DNA of 64,000 bases, from the NCBI RefSeq assembly GCF_018350175.1, contig NC_058381.1:60760001-60824000 (forward strand). The letters are read 5' to 3'. Shown here in pieces: positions 42,448 to 59,815 of the stretch. The position numbers and the translations under genes are program-made. Each line of letters opens with the position of its first letter. The stretch's first letter is position 1. The stretch comes from Felis catus. Its lineage: Eukaryota. Below the pieces are notes generated by a model that did no database searches, was not told the DNA's origin, and worked only from the letters and a program-made list of their open reading frames with translations.

Positions 42448-45400
42448 TCACCGAGAGACGAGGTCACTCTGCTTGTGCACGGGACACCAGTCTGTGTCCG
42501 GGTAGAGAAGGCAGTGGACAGACTTAAACCTGGGAAGGGGACAGGGTGGTCAGGTCTGCCGGGGGTGGGGGTGTGGGTGGCGACAGAGCCCCTCCCCACT
42601 GCCCACTCACCGAGTGGGATCCTGCTGCAGGCTGAAGCCTCCTGCCACATTCACCACGTTACGTGGGTTCTCAGGACCCCCGTAGCTCAAGGTGACCTGG
42701 ACGAGGGGAGGGGGCAGGTCACTGTCCCGGGACGAGCCCTTCCCGCCCCAGGAGTCCAGCCAGGAGCGGCTGCCCTGCCCTGGCTTCCCGGTCCCCCCAG
42801 GGCGGGCTCGCGAACAGCACGGAGGGGTGACTGCGCTGAGAGGTGAGGCTCACGCAGAAGACGAGGCTGGCATCCGGCTCAGGAGGGTGGCTGGTGCACG
42901 TGCGGGGGCAGCCCTGCTCAAGCCACCTGGCCCTTCCTCCGGCCCGGTCTGCGACGGCACTCGCCGCCTGGGCTGGCGCCTGCTGCCGTGGGCCCGTCCG
43001 CTGGGGAGGGCACAGCGGCTGTCCCTTCCAAACGAGCCAGCACACCCGAGGCCCCGGGGCCCGGCAGGCCAAACGCGGGTCTGCAGCAACTTCGCTGCGG
43101 TGCTGGGAAACCCTCCAGAGCCCTGGTCGCGGGCAAGGCCCCCGTGGTGAGGGCGCCGGGAGCACCCAGCGGGCCGTACCTGCTGCAGCACGGCGTCAGG
43201 CGGCAGCCTCTGCAGGTTCTCCAGGTGGGAGTGGAAGAGTGAGCTGGGCAGCAGGCGAGCACCCAGCAGCCCCTCCACGATGTAGCCCACCGTGCAGTCG
43301 TCCGGCAGCCGCACCCGCTCAGCAGTGCTCATGAAGCTGCCCAGGCTGGCAGGGGGCCGGGGGGAGCTGGTCAGGGCCCCCTCGGGCCTCAGCACCAGCA
43401 CCTCGGGCCTCCCGGCACCCCTGTGCCCTCCGCTCACCTGGCCCAGGGGCTCATCTTCAGAGCGAGCCCTCTGCTCAGGCAGAACCCGGCCCCACCGGTA
43501 GCGAACCAGAACTTGACAGTGGTCACCTGAGGAGGAGAAGGATACCAGTCAGGGTGTCGTCCTTGAACTGCCCACACGAGTGGCAAAAGTGCCCCGGGGC
43601 ACACGAGAGCTTCTGCACCCCAGTCGCCCGGCGCCCCAGCTCCTCCCACCGCACCTCCTTGCTTGCCCGAGCTCTTGCAGTGACCCCCTGGGTGGGTCAG
43701 ACACCGGCCCCCCAGCCTTTCCCCAGCAGACCTCCCCCCTCTCTCAGCTGTCGCCGTCAGGCCCAGGACTCACAGTGCCGCCTCCCTGGACTCTCTCGGC
43801 GGCCTCAATGGGGTGGTCGAGGCTGGGCCGCCCCAGGTAGACATCTTGGCTGGGCGAGAAAGCGGACAGCAGCTGGAGCAGGCCTTCGGGGTTCACGTAG
43901 TTGTCGTCATCCACATGGCAGAACCACCTGGGGGCAGTGGGGGAACTCTCACGAGTGAGGGGCTGGCACAGTTGGGGGCCTCCGCCCCCCTGGCCCGGGT
44001 GCGCGGGCCCAGCCTCAGCCCCGGGCTCTCCAAGGGGACACAGGGGCACGGCCACCACACACTTGCGTCCGGACTCGATGAACTTGTCGTACTCCACTGC
44101 CATCTTACAGCACAGCGCCTGACGGGTGTGCACGGCTGAGCAGTTGGTGTTGATTACGTGGCTGCCTGGCAGGTTGGAGAAACGGGGAAGCCTGAGGGTC
44201 AGGGTGAGGCCTGCCGCCAGCCCACCCCGCAGAGATCAGGGCGAAACGTGGATGTCCAAGCCGGCCTCGCCATCTCGTCCCGATCAAAGGCCCCAGGCCG
44301 GGTCTGACGACAGCCCTGGCCTGGCCTCACTTGCTGACCTTGTGGCTGACCCCTGAGGCCCAGACAGGTGGTGACCACTCGGAATCCCATGAGTGCAAAG
44401 CCACTCTGGGGTCGAGAGCCCGTGTGTGACTGCCAGGAAGGGATGGCTCCTCGCTGGAGTGCCTTCAGGGAACGTGGCTCCAGCCTGATGCCCTGGGACG
44501 CCTGCCCGTGGGTACATCGTGGCTGGCAGGGTGGGTCCCTGGGTGCTGGGCTGGTGGCAGGCGGGTGTCCTGGCTCTGTTCTCTACCAGCCGAGTGACTT
44601 AACTCCCGGACCTCTGCACCCAGCAGGGAGACAGGTGCCGCTGGGCCAGAGCACACACGTGAGGGGCCCTTGGGCACGCTGGCAGGGCTGGGCTGGGGAG
44701 GGCACTCACCTCCCTGGAGCTGTAGCTCAGGGTCATCCCCATCGGTGAAGATGAATGTCTGCGGAGAGACAACCTGTGAGGCCCCAGGTGGACAAGGATG
44801 GGGTTGCAGAGATGGCCAGGTTGGGGTTGGGCTGGGGGAGAGGGGAGGGCGATCCGCAGCACCTCCTGGTGCTCCCACTGGATGTTTTTGGGGTCTCAGT
44901 CCAGTGTCGGCTGAGCGAACCCACCCACGTCTGGAGCATGGGAAGGGGCAGCAGGGGGTGGGTCCTGGGTCCCCACAGACTCAGAGCGAGGGTCTGGCCC
45001 TCCCTCTGGGGACACAGCAGTGGGTAGCGAGTCCTGAGGATGGGGTGTCAAGTCGCGGGCTGGGGGGGGAGGTCCTTGCGGGGACAGGGGTGCCCGGGGT
45101 CGCGGGTGGCTGCGGCCCTGGGTCGGGATCCTGGGCGGGGTGATCCCAGGGATGGGGGTCCCGAGGGCGGGGATCCAGGGGCGACGCCCACCTGCTGGCG
45201 GGCCCGGGAGATCCAGGTGCGCAGCAGCAGCCCGAGGCGTGGCCCGTGGTTCTTCTGGGTGGTCTTGACCGCGATGAAGACGTCGTCCGGCCGCAAGCGG
45301 GGGGCGGTGGCGAGTCGGGCGGGGGGCGCGCGCGGGCCGGGGCCCGGGGTCGGGGCCGGGGCCGGCGCGCGGGGCAGCGGCAGCGGCAGCAGCAGCAGCG

Positions 45401-45461
45401 CGGCCAGGGCCGCGGCCAGCGCGAGGCAGGCCCGGCACAGCGCCCCCCGCGCACGGCTCAT
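42448..45461 (-). CDS. RFNG: Radical fringe beta-1,3-N-acetylglucosaminyltransferase, 8 exons, 332 aa
   Basis: Exons 45192-45461, 44710-44758, 44063-44165, 43774-43927, 43438-43526, 43180-43345, 42611-42696, 42448-42529 total 999 nt. Signal-anchor, [20 protein letters not shown] (DxD motif), [24 protein letters not shown]. Confidence 0.96.
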
Positions 45462-45612
45462 GCGGCCGCGGGACCCGCCGGCTCCGCCCGGGCCAGGCCG
45501 CGCCGCGGCCCCTTTAAGAGCCGCCCCGCCCGCCGCGAGCCGGAAGCGCTGCCCCGGAAGCGGACGGCGCTGCCCCGGAAGCGGACGGCGCGCCGCGGCG
45601 GGGTGGGCGAAG
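45462..45612. promoter_or_regulatory. RFNG/GPS1 bidirectional promoter
   Basis: 151 bp between the divergent ATGs; CCGGAAG (ETS/GABP) at 45540, 45554 and 45575; perfect 21-bp tandem repeat at 45546-45587. Confidence 0.8.
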
Positions 45613-50652
<5,040 letters not shown>

Positions 50653-50970
50653 GAGCACCCAACAGCCTCCGGGACAGACGGTCCGTGCCCACCCCCTCCT
50701 TCCTCCTCGGACTTGGACACGTGGGCTTCCCGTCACTCGAGATCCTTCTGGAGGTGCCACCTGTGACCCCCCCCCCCACCCCCCCGGGTTTCCATGTCTA
50801 GCTTCTTGTGCTCCTCTCACCCTGCTGTGCCCTGTGCTGGGGGCCCTGGCCACGCGGACTGCCGGTCAAGGCCCTTCCCGGAAAGACCTGCGGCGCTCAC
50901 CTGTGCAGCGCCCAGAGCCCCCACCCAGTGGCACTGCCTCCCCAGCCCTGCAGACGTCCCACCTCCATCC

Positions 50971-50976
50971 ATTAAA
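50971..50976 (+). terminator. GPS1 polyadenylation signal (variant)
   Basis: ATTAAA ~320 nt after the stop. Confidence 0.6.
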
Positions 50977-51247
50977 GGGCAGCCTGAGAACACGCCCCTT
51001 GTGCCACTCCTTCCCGCTTAGTGGGTTTCTAAGGCTCCTCCGGGAGGGCGGGGGCCGGGCCTGGTCCTTCCTTGTCCAGGCACAGAACCTGCTTCCTCGG
51101 GTTCCATCCCTCAGCCAGGCAGGGTGGCAGGGAGGGGGCCGGGGCCAGCCAGCTGCTGTTAGGGAAAGGTTTCCCGCAGCAGAAGGTTCCTTGTTCTGCA
51201 GGCCCCCACACACCCTCTCCGGCCCTCTGAACACATCTTTGAAATGA

Positions 51248-51253
51248 TTTATT
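51248..51253 (-). terminator. DUS1L polyadenylation signal
   Basis: AATAAA on the minus strand; convergent with GPS1. Confidence 0.75.
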
Positions 51254-51518
51254 GTTCGCTTTTGAACACACACGTTGCTAGGAGGGGGCAGGTCCAGCCT
51301 GGGAGCCTGCTCCCCGGTGCAGCATTTCCGGGCTCCCGGCGTAGGCGAGGGCAAGACCAGCTCATCCTTCTGTGTGTGGAGTAGCGGGAGATTCCCTGAG
51401 TAAAGGCGTTTCCTCCGGCGGGACGTGGTGAGGCTTCAGCAGCAGCCCCGGGGCCTCGGGTGGGGGGGCTGCGTGTCGGGCTCCAGCTGCCCTTCAGGCC
51501 AGGGCGTCGCCCACCACC

Positions 51519-54500
51519 TCAGGAAAGCTGCCTGGCCCCCTTCCAGGCCAGAGACTTCTCCAATTTGGTTTTAAAAAGCAATCCGTGACCTGGCAGAGAA
51601 GCAGGAAGGAAGTGGGGCTCAGGTGGCCAAGGGTCCCACTGTCCCCCCGGGGGACCAAGGGAGACGTGCTGACGGCAGCAGGTGCCCCTCACCTGGGCAA
51701 TCTGCGGCCTCTCTGAAAGCTCGCTTCTTGCAGCAGCCCCGGCATAGGTTGAACACGCATCTGTTGCCCTGGACACAGGAGAGCCGGTGGGCCTGAGCAG
51801 GCTCCCCGGGAGCACCAGATGGCTGCACCCCTGGCCAGGGCGCGTCCCGAGGCCGGGCAGAGTCGGCCTCCCCGAGCGGCTAAGCCACTTCAAGCTGTAC
51901 CCTCGACAGACGGGCAGGGGGCCGCTCCCACAGGTCCTGGGCAGCCCGGGGACCACCCTGCCCACTAGCTGCTGAGGCCGAGCTCTGCTCCGGGCAGCAT
52001 GGTCAGACTCACCTTTGGGTTTCCGCACTGATCACACTTTGCATATTTTGCTGAGAAAAGAACAGAAGCAGACGTTGGTTGAGGTGAACCCATCCCCCAA
52101 CTGCCACTTACACACGGGGTCCCCGGTGGGAGCTCTGCCTGCTGCGGCCAACCAGGCGGTTTGAGGAGGGCGGGTGCAGCAGTCCCTTGTCCGTCCCCCC
52201 CCCCCGGGGCCCCCATGATTCTCTGGGTGTTCGCCACTAGAAGGGCTTTCTCAGGAAGGTGGCCCCAGAACCCAGCTCTGCCTCTCAAGTGGCTGCAGGA
52301 ACGCATGGGGACGGCACAGAGCCCCTGGCGCTGCTCTCCTCTGTAGCTATCAGAGCCACCCGTCCCTGGCAAGGGGAACAGCTCACGCTTCAGCGAGGGG
52401 TCGAAGGTCTTGTGGGGGTTCCTCAGCTGCTTCTTCTGCTTGTTCTTGGACAGGACATCTGTGCCAGCCTCCTCTTCCTCCAGGGCCCGCTTGCTGCGGG
52501 CACCCCCGTTCTCCTTGCTCCCTTCCCTGGGCCTGAAAGGGAAGGGTGGTGGGCAGGGCCGGGGGCACCCGCGAGAGGCGACCCGCCAGCCCAGGCCCAT
52601 GGCGAGGAAGTGCCCGCGAGGCCCCGGTGGCCTCAGCAGCTTGGCTCTTGGGTCGCTCAGGCTGTGGCTGGGCCTGAGTGGCCACAGATGACAGCCAGCC
52701 TCACCTGCAAGAACCTGGGGGAAGCTCAGGGTGTCAAACCTCTTGTCCCCAGAACAAACGCACCCGGGATCAGAGAGCACTTAAAAAGAATCGATCCCCT
52801 CGTAGAGAGAAAAAACATAAAACCGAAGCCCCCGCCGACAGAGAAGCAAACGTGACACCAAGGGATGGAGCCGCCAGCACCCCCCACCCTCCAGGGCTGC
52901 AGAGGGCAGGCCTGGCCCCCGGGGCCGGTGTGAGGCTCACCCTGGCCGGAAATAGGGCTGACAGATCCAGTGGAAGAAAGGCAAGCCGCCAGGGGGCTTC
53001 TCTCCCTCCTTCTGCCTGGACATATCCTCCTGCAAAAGCCCAGAGAGCCCTGCGTCGTGGAGCCCGAGCCCCCCGAGCCCCTCACGCCTGCCGCAGCCCT
53101 GCCGGCCCCAGCACCTGCCTGACACCGCAGCTTCAGCTCCTGGCTCACGGCCGCGATGCCCTCCAGGGTCTTCACTTTGGCGAGCTCCTCCCGAAGCTGC
53201 CGGTGCACCTGCAGCCTGAGGCAGAGGCGCCGTCACCTGCGGCGGCCAGTCCCCAGGCAGAGCTCGCCCAGGCGCGGCTCAGACCCAGCGGTGTGTGCCT
53301 CGGGGGGGGGGGGGGGGGGGGGGGGGACGACGACTCACGTGTGGTGCCACAGCTTGAAGAGGTGGGCCCGGACGCAGGACAGGGGGCAGGGGTGCTGCCG
53401 CACGATGTCCAGGTATTCCTCGGCCAGCTCCCACACGGCAGGGCTGCGGCCCTCAAACAGGGCGGGGTTGTGCAGGTTGCCCTCTGCGGGGGGGGGGGGG
53501 GGGGGCTTGAAGCTGCCGGAGAGACGCCCCCTCCCCTGCCGGGCTGGGCCCACCGCCTCACGCCCTCACCTGCGCTCATGACCCCCTGCACTCCAGTGTC
53601 CCGGATGCAGCGCTCCACGTCCTGCAGGCACTGGATGTTCCCGTTGGCAAACACGGGGATGGTTACCGCCTTCCTGCCGGGGGTAGGTGGGCGCACACTC
53701 AGAAACACCCTGTCCCCTCAGCCGTGGGGGCGGCGCCCCAGCACGTGATCCTCTTCTGGCCGCGAGGCTCCCTACCTGCCCTGGCCACCTCGTCCCTCCC
53801 CCCCCTCGCCTCCCCCCAGCACCCAAATGGCTGGGCACCTGGCTTCAGGGCCGGGCTGCACGTCTGTCCCCTCATCTGCCCGCCCTCCACTCCTGCCCAC
53901 TCACCGCACAGCCTTGATATGCTCCCAGGACGCGGTGCCCGACAACGGCCCCTTCTGCTCCTTGGTGCGCCCGTGCACGGTCAGCAGCTAGAACACAGCA
54001 ACGCCCGGGCTCTAACCTGCTCGTGGCCACACACCCCAGGCCGACCCCAGGGGGAACCCCCTCGCTTTGGCATCAGCTTCCCACGCAGAGCAAAGCAAAG
54101 GCAGCCTTGCATCCAGCTGGCACAGCGTCTGCCCGCGTCCCCGGGGTCGAGGCTGGTGGGCTGCCGCCCAGAGCTCCCGTGTCCCACGGACCCACCCAGG
54201 ATGCGGAGCCGAGAGGCCCAGCCCCGTTCGAGGGCCAGTCTTGGCCAAAAATGGCAGCACCCTCGAGCCCAGCTCCAAACGTGTGAGGGAAGGCCGGGCC
54301 AGCACCAACCTGACCTTAAGGCTGGTGGCAGGTGGGGAGAAGTGAGCTGGGACTCGTCCACCCTCCTCAGACCCCACCCATGGTCACCACGATTCTAGTT
54401 CGCCCCAGAGAGTTCGCTCGAGGGGGTTCCTGGGTTCCAGGAGCCTCCACACCTGCTTCCAGGTGCAGGGGACACGGGGCAGGGGAATTGCACTCGGCCC

Positions 54501-56230
54501 TGAGAGCCCACGGCCCACCTGACAGCCGGCCTTTTCCAGCATCTGAGCGTACTTGACGGTCTTGTCAATCTCTGGGAAGACGCGGATTTTGCACGTGACG
54601 GGGACAGAGAGCTTCTCGTGTGCCAGCAGAACTGCGAAAACAACAGCCGGCTTCTGAGAAGCATGGTGTGCACCTGCAGGCAGGCTGCAGGCAGCTGAGA
54701 CCCGCCTCTGTCCACCAGGGCACTGGAGGGGTGGGGACCGGGTGGGGACACCTCCCTCTCCCTCCTGCACCTACGGCTCCGGGCAGAGCCCCTCCCGCAG
54801 CAGCGAGAGCACCGGGGCCGGGACTTGCCTGCCAAGGTCTCAGGGCCACTTCACCAACTACGCCCCAACCTGACTCCCCACCCGTGCCCGGGGCCAACTC
54901 ACTCATTCTCTGGAGCAGGTCCCACTCCTCCTGCAGGAAGGCCCCGTAGTGACCTGCATGAGACAGGCAGGGCCATTAGCACCCATCCTCCTCCTCCTCC
55001 CGCGGCCACACACGGCACAAGCACCCCCCACCCCACCCCAAGCCATCCAGAGGGGCAGCAACAATCAGGAAGGTGAGCAGTGGGGGCAGGTTGCCCAGCA
55101 GAACACCCACCCTCCATGGTTTCTCACCAGCCAGCAACCCCTCGGGCTCAGTGAAGAAAGTGTGAGCCCCACGCCCGGCGGTATAACCTCCTTTCAGCAA
55201 AGCCCGTTTACCCAGATGGAGCCCAGTGACCCCAGGGCACTAAGGGAAGTGACAGCCTGAGAGCCAGCAAACCCTGTCCCTCCAGCGCTGGAGAAGAGCC
55301 ACCTCCAGAGGGAGCAGCAAACAAAGGGCTGGGACACCACCTGAGCTGCCACTGCCATCGGAGCAGGGTCAGCCACACCCTGGCCTCCATCCGGGCACCC
55401 TGTGGGCGCTCAACACAGGAACCCAGAAAGGAACTCACCTCGCTTGGCTATCATCTGCGGGCAACCCAAATTCAGGTCGACGGCATCACAGTAATCCTGG
55501 GCCAGGAGAGCCGCCTGGACAAACACCTCTGGGTCATTGGCACAGAACTGGAAAACACATACAAGTTGCCACGAACCTGAACCTGATACCCTGATACCCC
55601 AGACAGAGCCCCACAGGGGTTCACACTTGACCCAGTGGAGACAGGATCCCAGGGTTGCCTGCAGGATGTCATCCCGTCCTAAGCGTTTATATTTGGTGGG
55701 TCCCCGTGTCACAAGGAGTCGTCACAGGATCACATAATGTCTCAACTGTAGCAAAGTTGGGATCATGGATTCTACACAGCGCAGAACGTTCTTCCCAACC
55801 ATTGGCTAGAGCGCGGTGACAGCAGCCCAGTGGTGTCAGGGGCTGCGAATCTTCCAGGGCACCCAAAGTGTCCCTTCCAAACCGGGCCAGCTCCCGGGAG
55901 GGTAAATGTCTTGAGACCAGCTGCAGGTGCCCTCGGAAGCCAGGTGCTTGAGCACCGCGCCCCCGCCCCTCCCCTCGGCCGCCACCCCGCCCACCTGCAC
56001 GATGAGCGGCCGGTCCTCGGGGCACACTTCACAGTACAGGTTGTCCTTCCGGTAGTTGGCGTCGCGCACGAAGACCTGGGCGTGCAGCATGGGCGTGTAG
56101 CAGAGCTGGGCCCCGTGCCGGCGGCTCAGCAGCCTCCAGGCCAGCTCGCTCTGGTCCACCATGGGCGCCACCACGTGGCGAGCCCCCCCAGGGTGCGGCT
56201 CCAGAACTCGAAGCCCTGAAGCTTCGGCAT
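51519..56230 (-). CDS. DUS1L: tRNA-dihydrouridine(16/17) synthase-like, 13 coding exons; as assembled it has a -1 frameshift in the first coding exon
   Basis: Exons 55995-56230 (236 nt, one short), 55439-55547, 54903-54953, 54519-54631, 53905-53987, 53570-53673, 53339-53483, 53119-53215, 52941-53029, 52387-52532, 52013-52050, 51693-51768, 51519-51589. Motifs [34 protein letters not shown] and the C-terminal Cys cluster; ~452 aa if the frameshift is corrected. Confidence 0.92.
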
Positions 56231-56249
56231 CGTCCGCACGCTGAAGGGG

Positions 56250-57500
56250 GAGACGGAGGGCTCAGCCGCAGGCGGCGGGGCGCCACGCCCGGGGACGGCG
56301 CCGACCTCCCCGAGGCCGCTCCAGCGCAGCCTGACGGCCACACACTGGGACATCAAGGGCAGCCGTGTGCGCGGCCCCGAGCTGAAGCCCCAGGGCCTTC
56401 GCCCCTGCGCGCCGCGGCTCCGGTCGGGAGGGCCGCCCCGCCCGCCTCCCTCCTCACAAAGGCGGCTCCTGCTCCGCGGGAGAGGGCGGGAAGCGGGAGG
56501 GCTCCTTGTCCGGGCAGGCTCGGCTGTGCGGGCCCCGCACCCTCGCCAGCCCCGCGGGCCGCGAGGCCAAGCCACTGGCTCGGGCGCCCGCCGCGCGTTC
56601 CCGGACACCCGGAAGCCACAGGGAAAAGCCCCCGAAGAGGCCGGGGCGCCGCGGCGTCACCGCACGACACCCACCTGCGCCCGGGCCCTCCCGGACCGCC
56701 GCCAGGGCCTCTGGGAGCCAGGGCGCGGCGCGGGCTCCCTCGGGGCCCGTCAGGCCGCCACGCCGGGGCCGCCGCCCGGCCCAGGGCTCCGCGCCGGGGC
56801 CGCCGGAAGGTGCCTCCGCCAGGGCGGTCCGGGCGGCCCCGCGGTGCGGCGGGAAACGCGTCCCAGGGAAACCGCGCCAGGCCGCGACGGGGCCCGCCCC
56901 GCGAGGTCGGAGGTCAGAGGCCAGAGGTCGGCCGGGCCCCGCCACGCCTCGCTCGGGCGGTGGGAGTGGCGCGCCGACCGCGGGCGCCAAGGCCCGGCCG
57001 GCGCCCGCTTTCGTCTCCGAGCTCCGCCTCTCTCTTCCAAGGGGGCCGCAAGCCCCCGCCCCGGCCCTGCGCTCGGCGGCCTCGGCGAGTCCCCCGCTCG
57101 CGCCCAGCCGGCCGGAAGTGCTGCTTTACGCGCGGCCACACCCCCGCACTTCCGGGCTCCGGCCCAGGCTGAGAGCGAGGCTAAGCCGCGGGAAACCCGG
57201 GGCGTCCCCGGCGCCGCGCACGCGCAGAGCGCCCCCCGCCGCGGGAATCTGGCGCAGGCGCACCTAGAAGCCCACGCCTCGCGGGGGTCGCGGCGAAGCT
57301 GTGTTCGGGCGTCCCGGTCGGCAGTCTTGCCTCCTGGCGGCCCCGCCGAAGCCGGCTTCCCTTTCCCAAAGGAACCCTGTAGCCTCACCTTTCCCTGCTC
57401 AGCGAGGAACCCGAACCTCTGCCTCCGCGGCGCGAGCTCCGGCTCCTCGCAGTGCACGCACCCCTGCGCACGAGCCCGACAGGGCAGAGAGCCAGGTGCC
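56250..57500 (-). promoter_or_regulatory. DUS1L CpG island, promoter and non-coding first exon
   Basis: CpG-dense; ETS motifs CCGGAAGTG (~57113) and CACTTCCGG (~57148); NRF1-like GCGCAGGCGC (~57252); acceptor AG at 56242-56241, 10 nt before the ATG. Confidence 0.7.
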
Positions 57501-57639
57501 AGGCGTTTCCACCCTTAAATGTCTCAGCATCCAACGGATAAAGATGAAAGAAGAGCAGTAACAAACATGAAAGATGAGCCAACCCACCTGAAAAATAACA
57601 CTCACACCAAATATCTGTCCCCTGTGCCTGCCACGGGAG

Positions 57640-57890
57640 TCCGTGGTCACACTGGAGTGCTTGAATGCAACTGGCCTGATGAGATGTGCTGTGTGAAAGA
57701 CACGCCAGATTTCAAAACGTGGTAGGAAGCGAAGAAAGTGTAAGAGTTCATTAGTAATTGAAAAAGCACCGACTGCTTGTTGAAATACTACTACTTCTTA
57801 TATTGACTTAGATTGACCACATTATTAAAATTCATGCTGGTTTTTTTCTTTTGATATGGCGACTAGACATGTTAAATTTACGTATGTGGG
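57640..57890 (-). mobile_element. MER33-like hAT-Charlie DNA transposon relic
   Basis: GAGATGTGCTGTGTGAAAGACACGCCAGATTTCAAA...ATTATTAAAATT...GGCGACTAGACATGTTAAATTTACGTATGTGG follows the MER33 consensus as recalled. Confidence 0.7.
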
Positions 57891-58069
57891 GAGGGTTTCT
57901 GGAACAAGGCTGAGGAGCTCTCCAAATCTCTTCTCAAACAGGCAATGGTAAAGCAGGGCAATATTGTTAAAAAGCAACCGTCCCAGGAGTCTGGAAGTTG
58001 ACTAAAGGCCGACAACGTTTGAGAGCACAAAAAAAAAAAAAAAAAAAAAAAAAAATTCCTGAACATCAG

Positions 58070-58190
58070 GGACACCTGGCTGGCTCAGTCAGTGGAGCGA
58101 GGGACTCTTGATCTCGGGGTTGTGAGTTCGAGCTCCAGGTTGGGTGTAGAGACTACTCAAAAATAAAATCTCTAAAAAAAAAAAAAAAGA
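58070..58190 (+). mobile_element. Short CAN-SINE variant
   Basis: GGGACACCTGGCTGGCTCAG head, GGGTGTAGAGACTACT, A tail. Confidence 0.8.
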
Positions 58191-59604
58191 TCGAACGTTA
58201 GTAAAGGTTAAAAACAGTGGCAGTCCGTGGAGTTTCAGGAGGGGGCTGCTTTCCTTTCCTCCCACCCCAGGGCAATTCCACCAGAGCCAGACAGGCCCTG
58301 AGGACTTGAAAGCCCCACAGGGTGTTTGTGAACAATTGCCATCGAGGTGGACGGCCACCGGGTAGCGACCCACCCCTCAGCTCCCTGAGGCTGGTCGAAG
58401 CCAGCACAGTCCGGCCAGAGATTTACAGGAAACTCAGTAACTAAAATAGCCACAGTTGGGCCTTGGTAAGCCCCCCAGATGTCCCTGGTGGTCTGCAAGG
58501 CTGTATATATGCTCGGGAAGGACCAGAGACGGCCCCAGCAGTATACTCATCTCCGGCTGAATACAAGGCTTTGCACAAACAAAAAGCAAAAGCCGGGCTG
58601 AGCCGTAAACTGCTTGAGCTTTGAACGCGTCCCCAACCTGCACACAGAGCTGTCCGCAAAGGGCGGAGGGCTTACTTGGTCCAAACATTGGAGCATTACC
58701 TCTAGCCAACAATCGTCCTTAAACCATAGTGACCCAGAGGCAATTTTAGGAAACCAGACTCACACGTCGGAAAAGAAACAAAGAAAAATCTGGCGGAGGG
58801 GCGCCTGGCTGGCTCAGTCCACAGAGCCCACGACTCTTGATCTTCGGGTCGTGAGTTCAAGACGTGGAGTCTAGCAGGGATACGAGTGGCCACATGCAGC
58901 GGAGGGGACAGGCTCTACAGCATTCATAATCCAGGCAAGGTACTGAGTAAACAAGCACTAGTTCCAAAAACAACACTAAGGGATGGGGGTGAGGAGGTCA
59001 AAACCTAGAGTTTTTACAACACGTTATCTAAAATGCCCAGTATTCAATAAGACATTGTAAGACATTCAAAGAACCAAGAACATTTGAGACCTGTACAGGG
59101 ATTGTAAATCAACCACACACTTCCATGTAAGCGAAGGGTCAAAGAAATCAAAAGGGACATTTTAAAAAGTGAGTGAAAATGAAAACAAAACATCAAAATT
59201 ACAGGATGCAACTGAAGGAATTCCTGGAACAAAATTGTGAGCTATTAACTCCTATGCGAGACAGGAAAGAGGTCACCCAAACTTCCACTTTAAGAGCAAA
59301 CCAGCAGAATAATGGACATACTAAAAATTAGAGCAGAGAAACATGAACAGAACACAGAAGAGCTATAGTGAAAACACTGAAACCAGAAACTGGTTTCTTG
59401 GAAAAGACTCAACAAAATTGACAAAACTTTAGCTACGCTGGCAGAGAAAAAATAGAGAAGACACAGATCGCCAGAATCAGGACGTCGTCGCGGAAATGAG
59501 GACGAGATGACCAGAAGAGAGGGCTGAGAAAAACAGAGAAGTTCGATAAAACCGACCACCTCCCAGAAAGGGAAGATTACCGAAACCGACCCCAAAATAA
59601 ATCA

Positions 59605-59749
59605 GGGGCGGCTGGGTGGCTCAGTCGGTTAAAGCCTCCAACTCCTGATTTCGGCTCAGGTCATGATCTCGCGGTTAGTGAGTTTGAGCCCTGAATCGGG
59701 CTCTGTGCTGACAGTGCGGAGACTGCTTGGGATTCTCCCCCTCTCTCTC

Positions 59750-59782
<33 letters not shown>

Positions 59783-59815
59783 AAATAATAAATAATAAGG
59801 AAGTAAATAAATAAA
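59605..59815 (+). mobile_element. CAN-SINE
   Basis: GGGGCGGCTGGGTGGCTCAG head, (CT)n, A-rich tail. Confidence 0.9.

Noticed and set aside
41098-42846. 582-aa plus-strand ORF
   Set aside because: It is built from a CA-rich low-complexity tract plus the antisense of the RFNG 3'UTR and last exons, starts at a non-ATG codon and has no recognisable domain. Long ORFs are expected at this GC content.
56367-57518. 383-aa ORF upstream of DUS1L
   Set aside because: Stop-poor CpG island with no protein-like features; explained as the DUS1L promoter.
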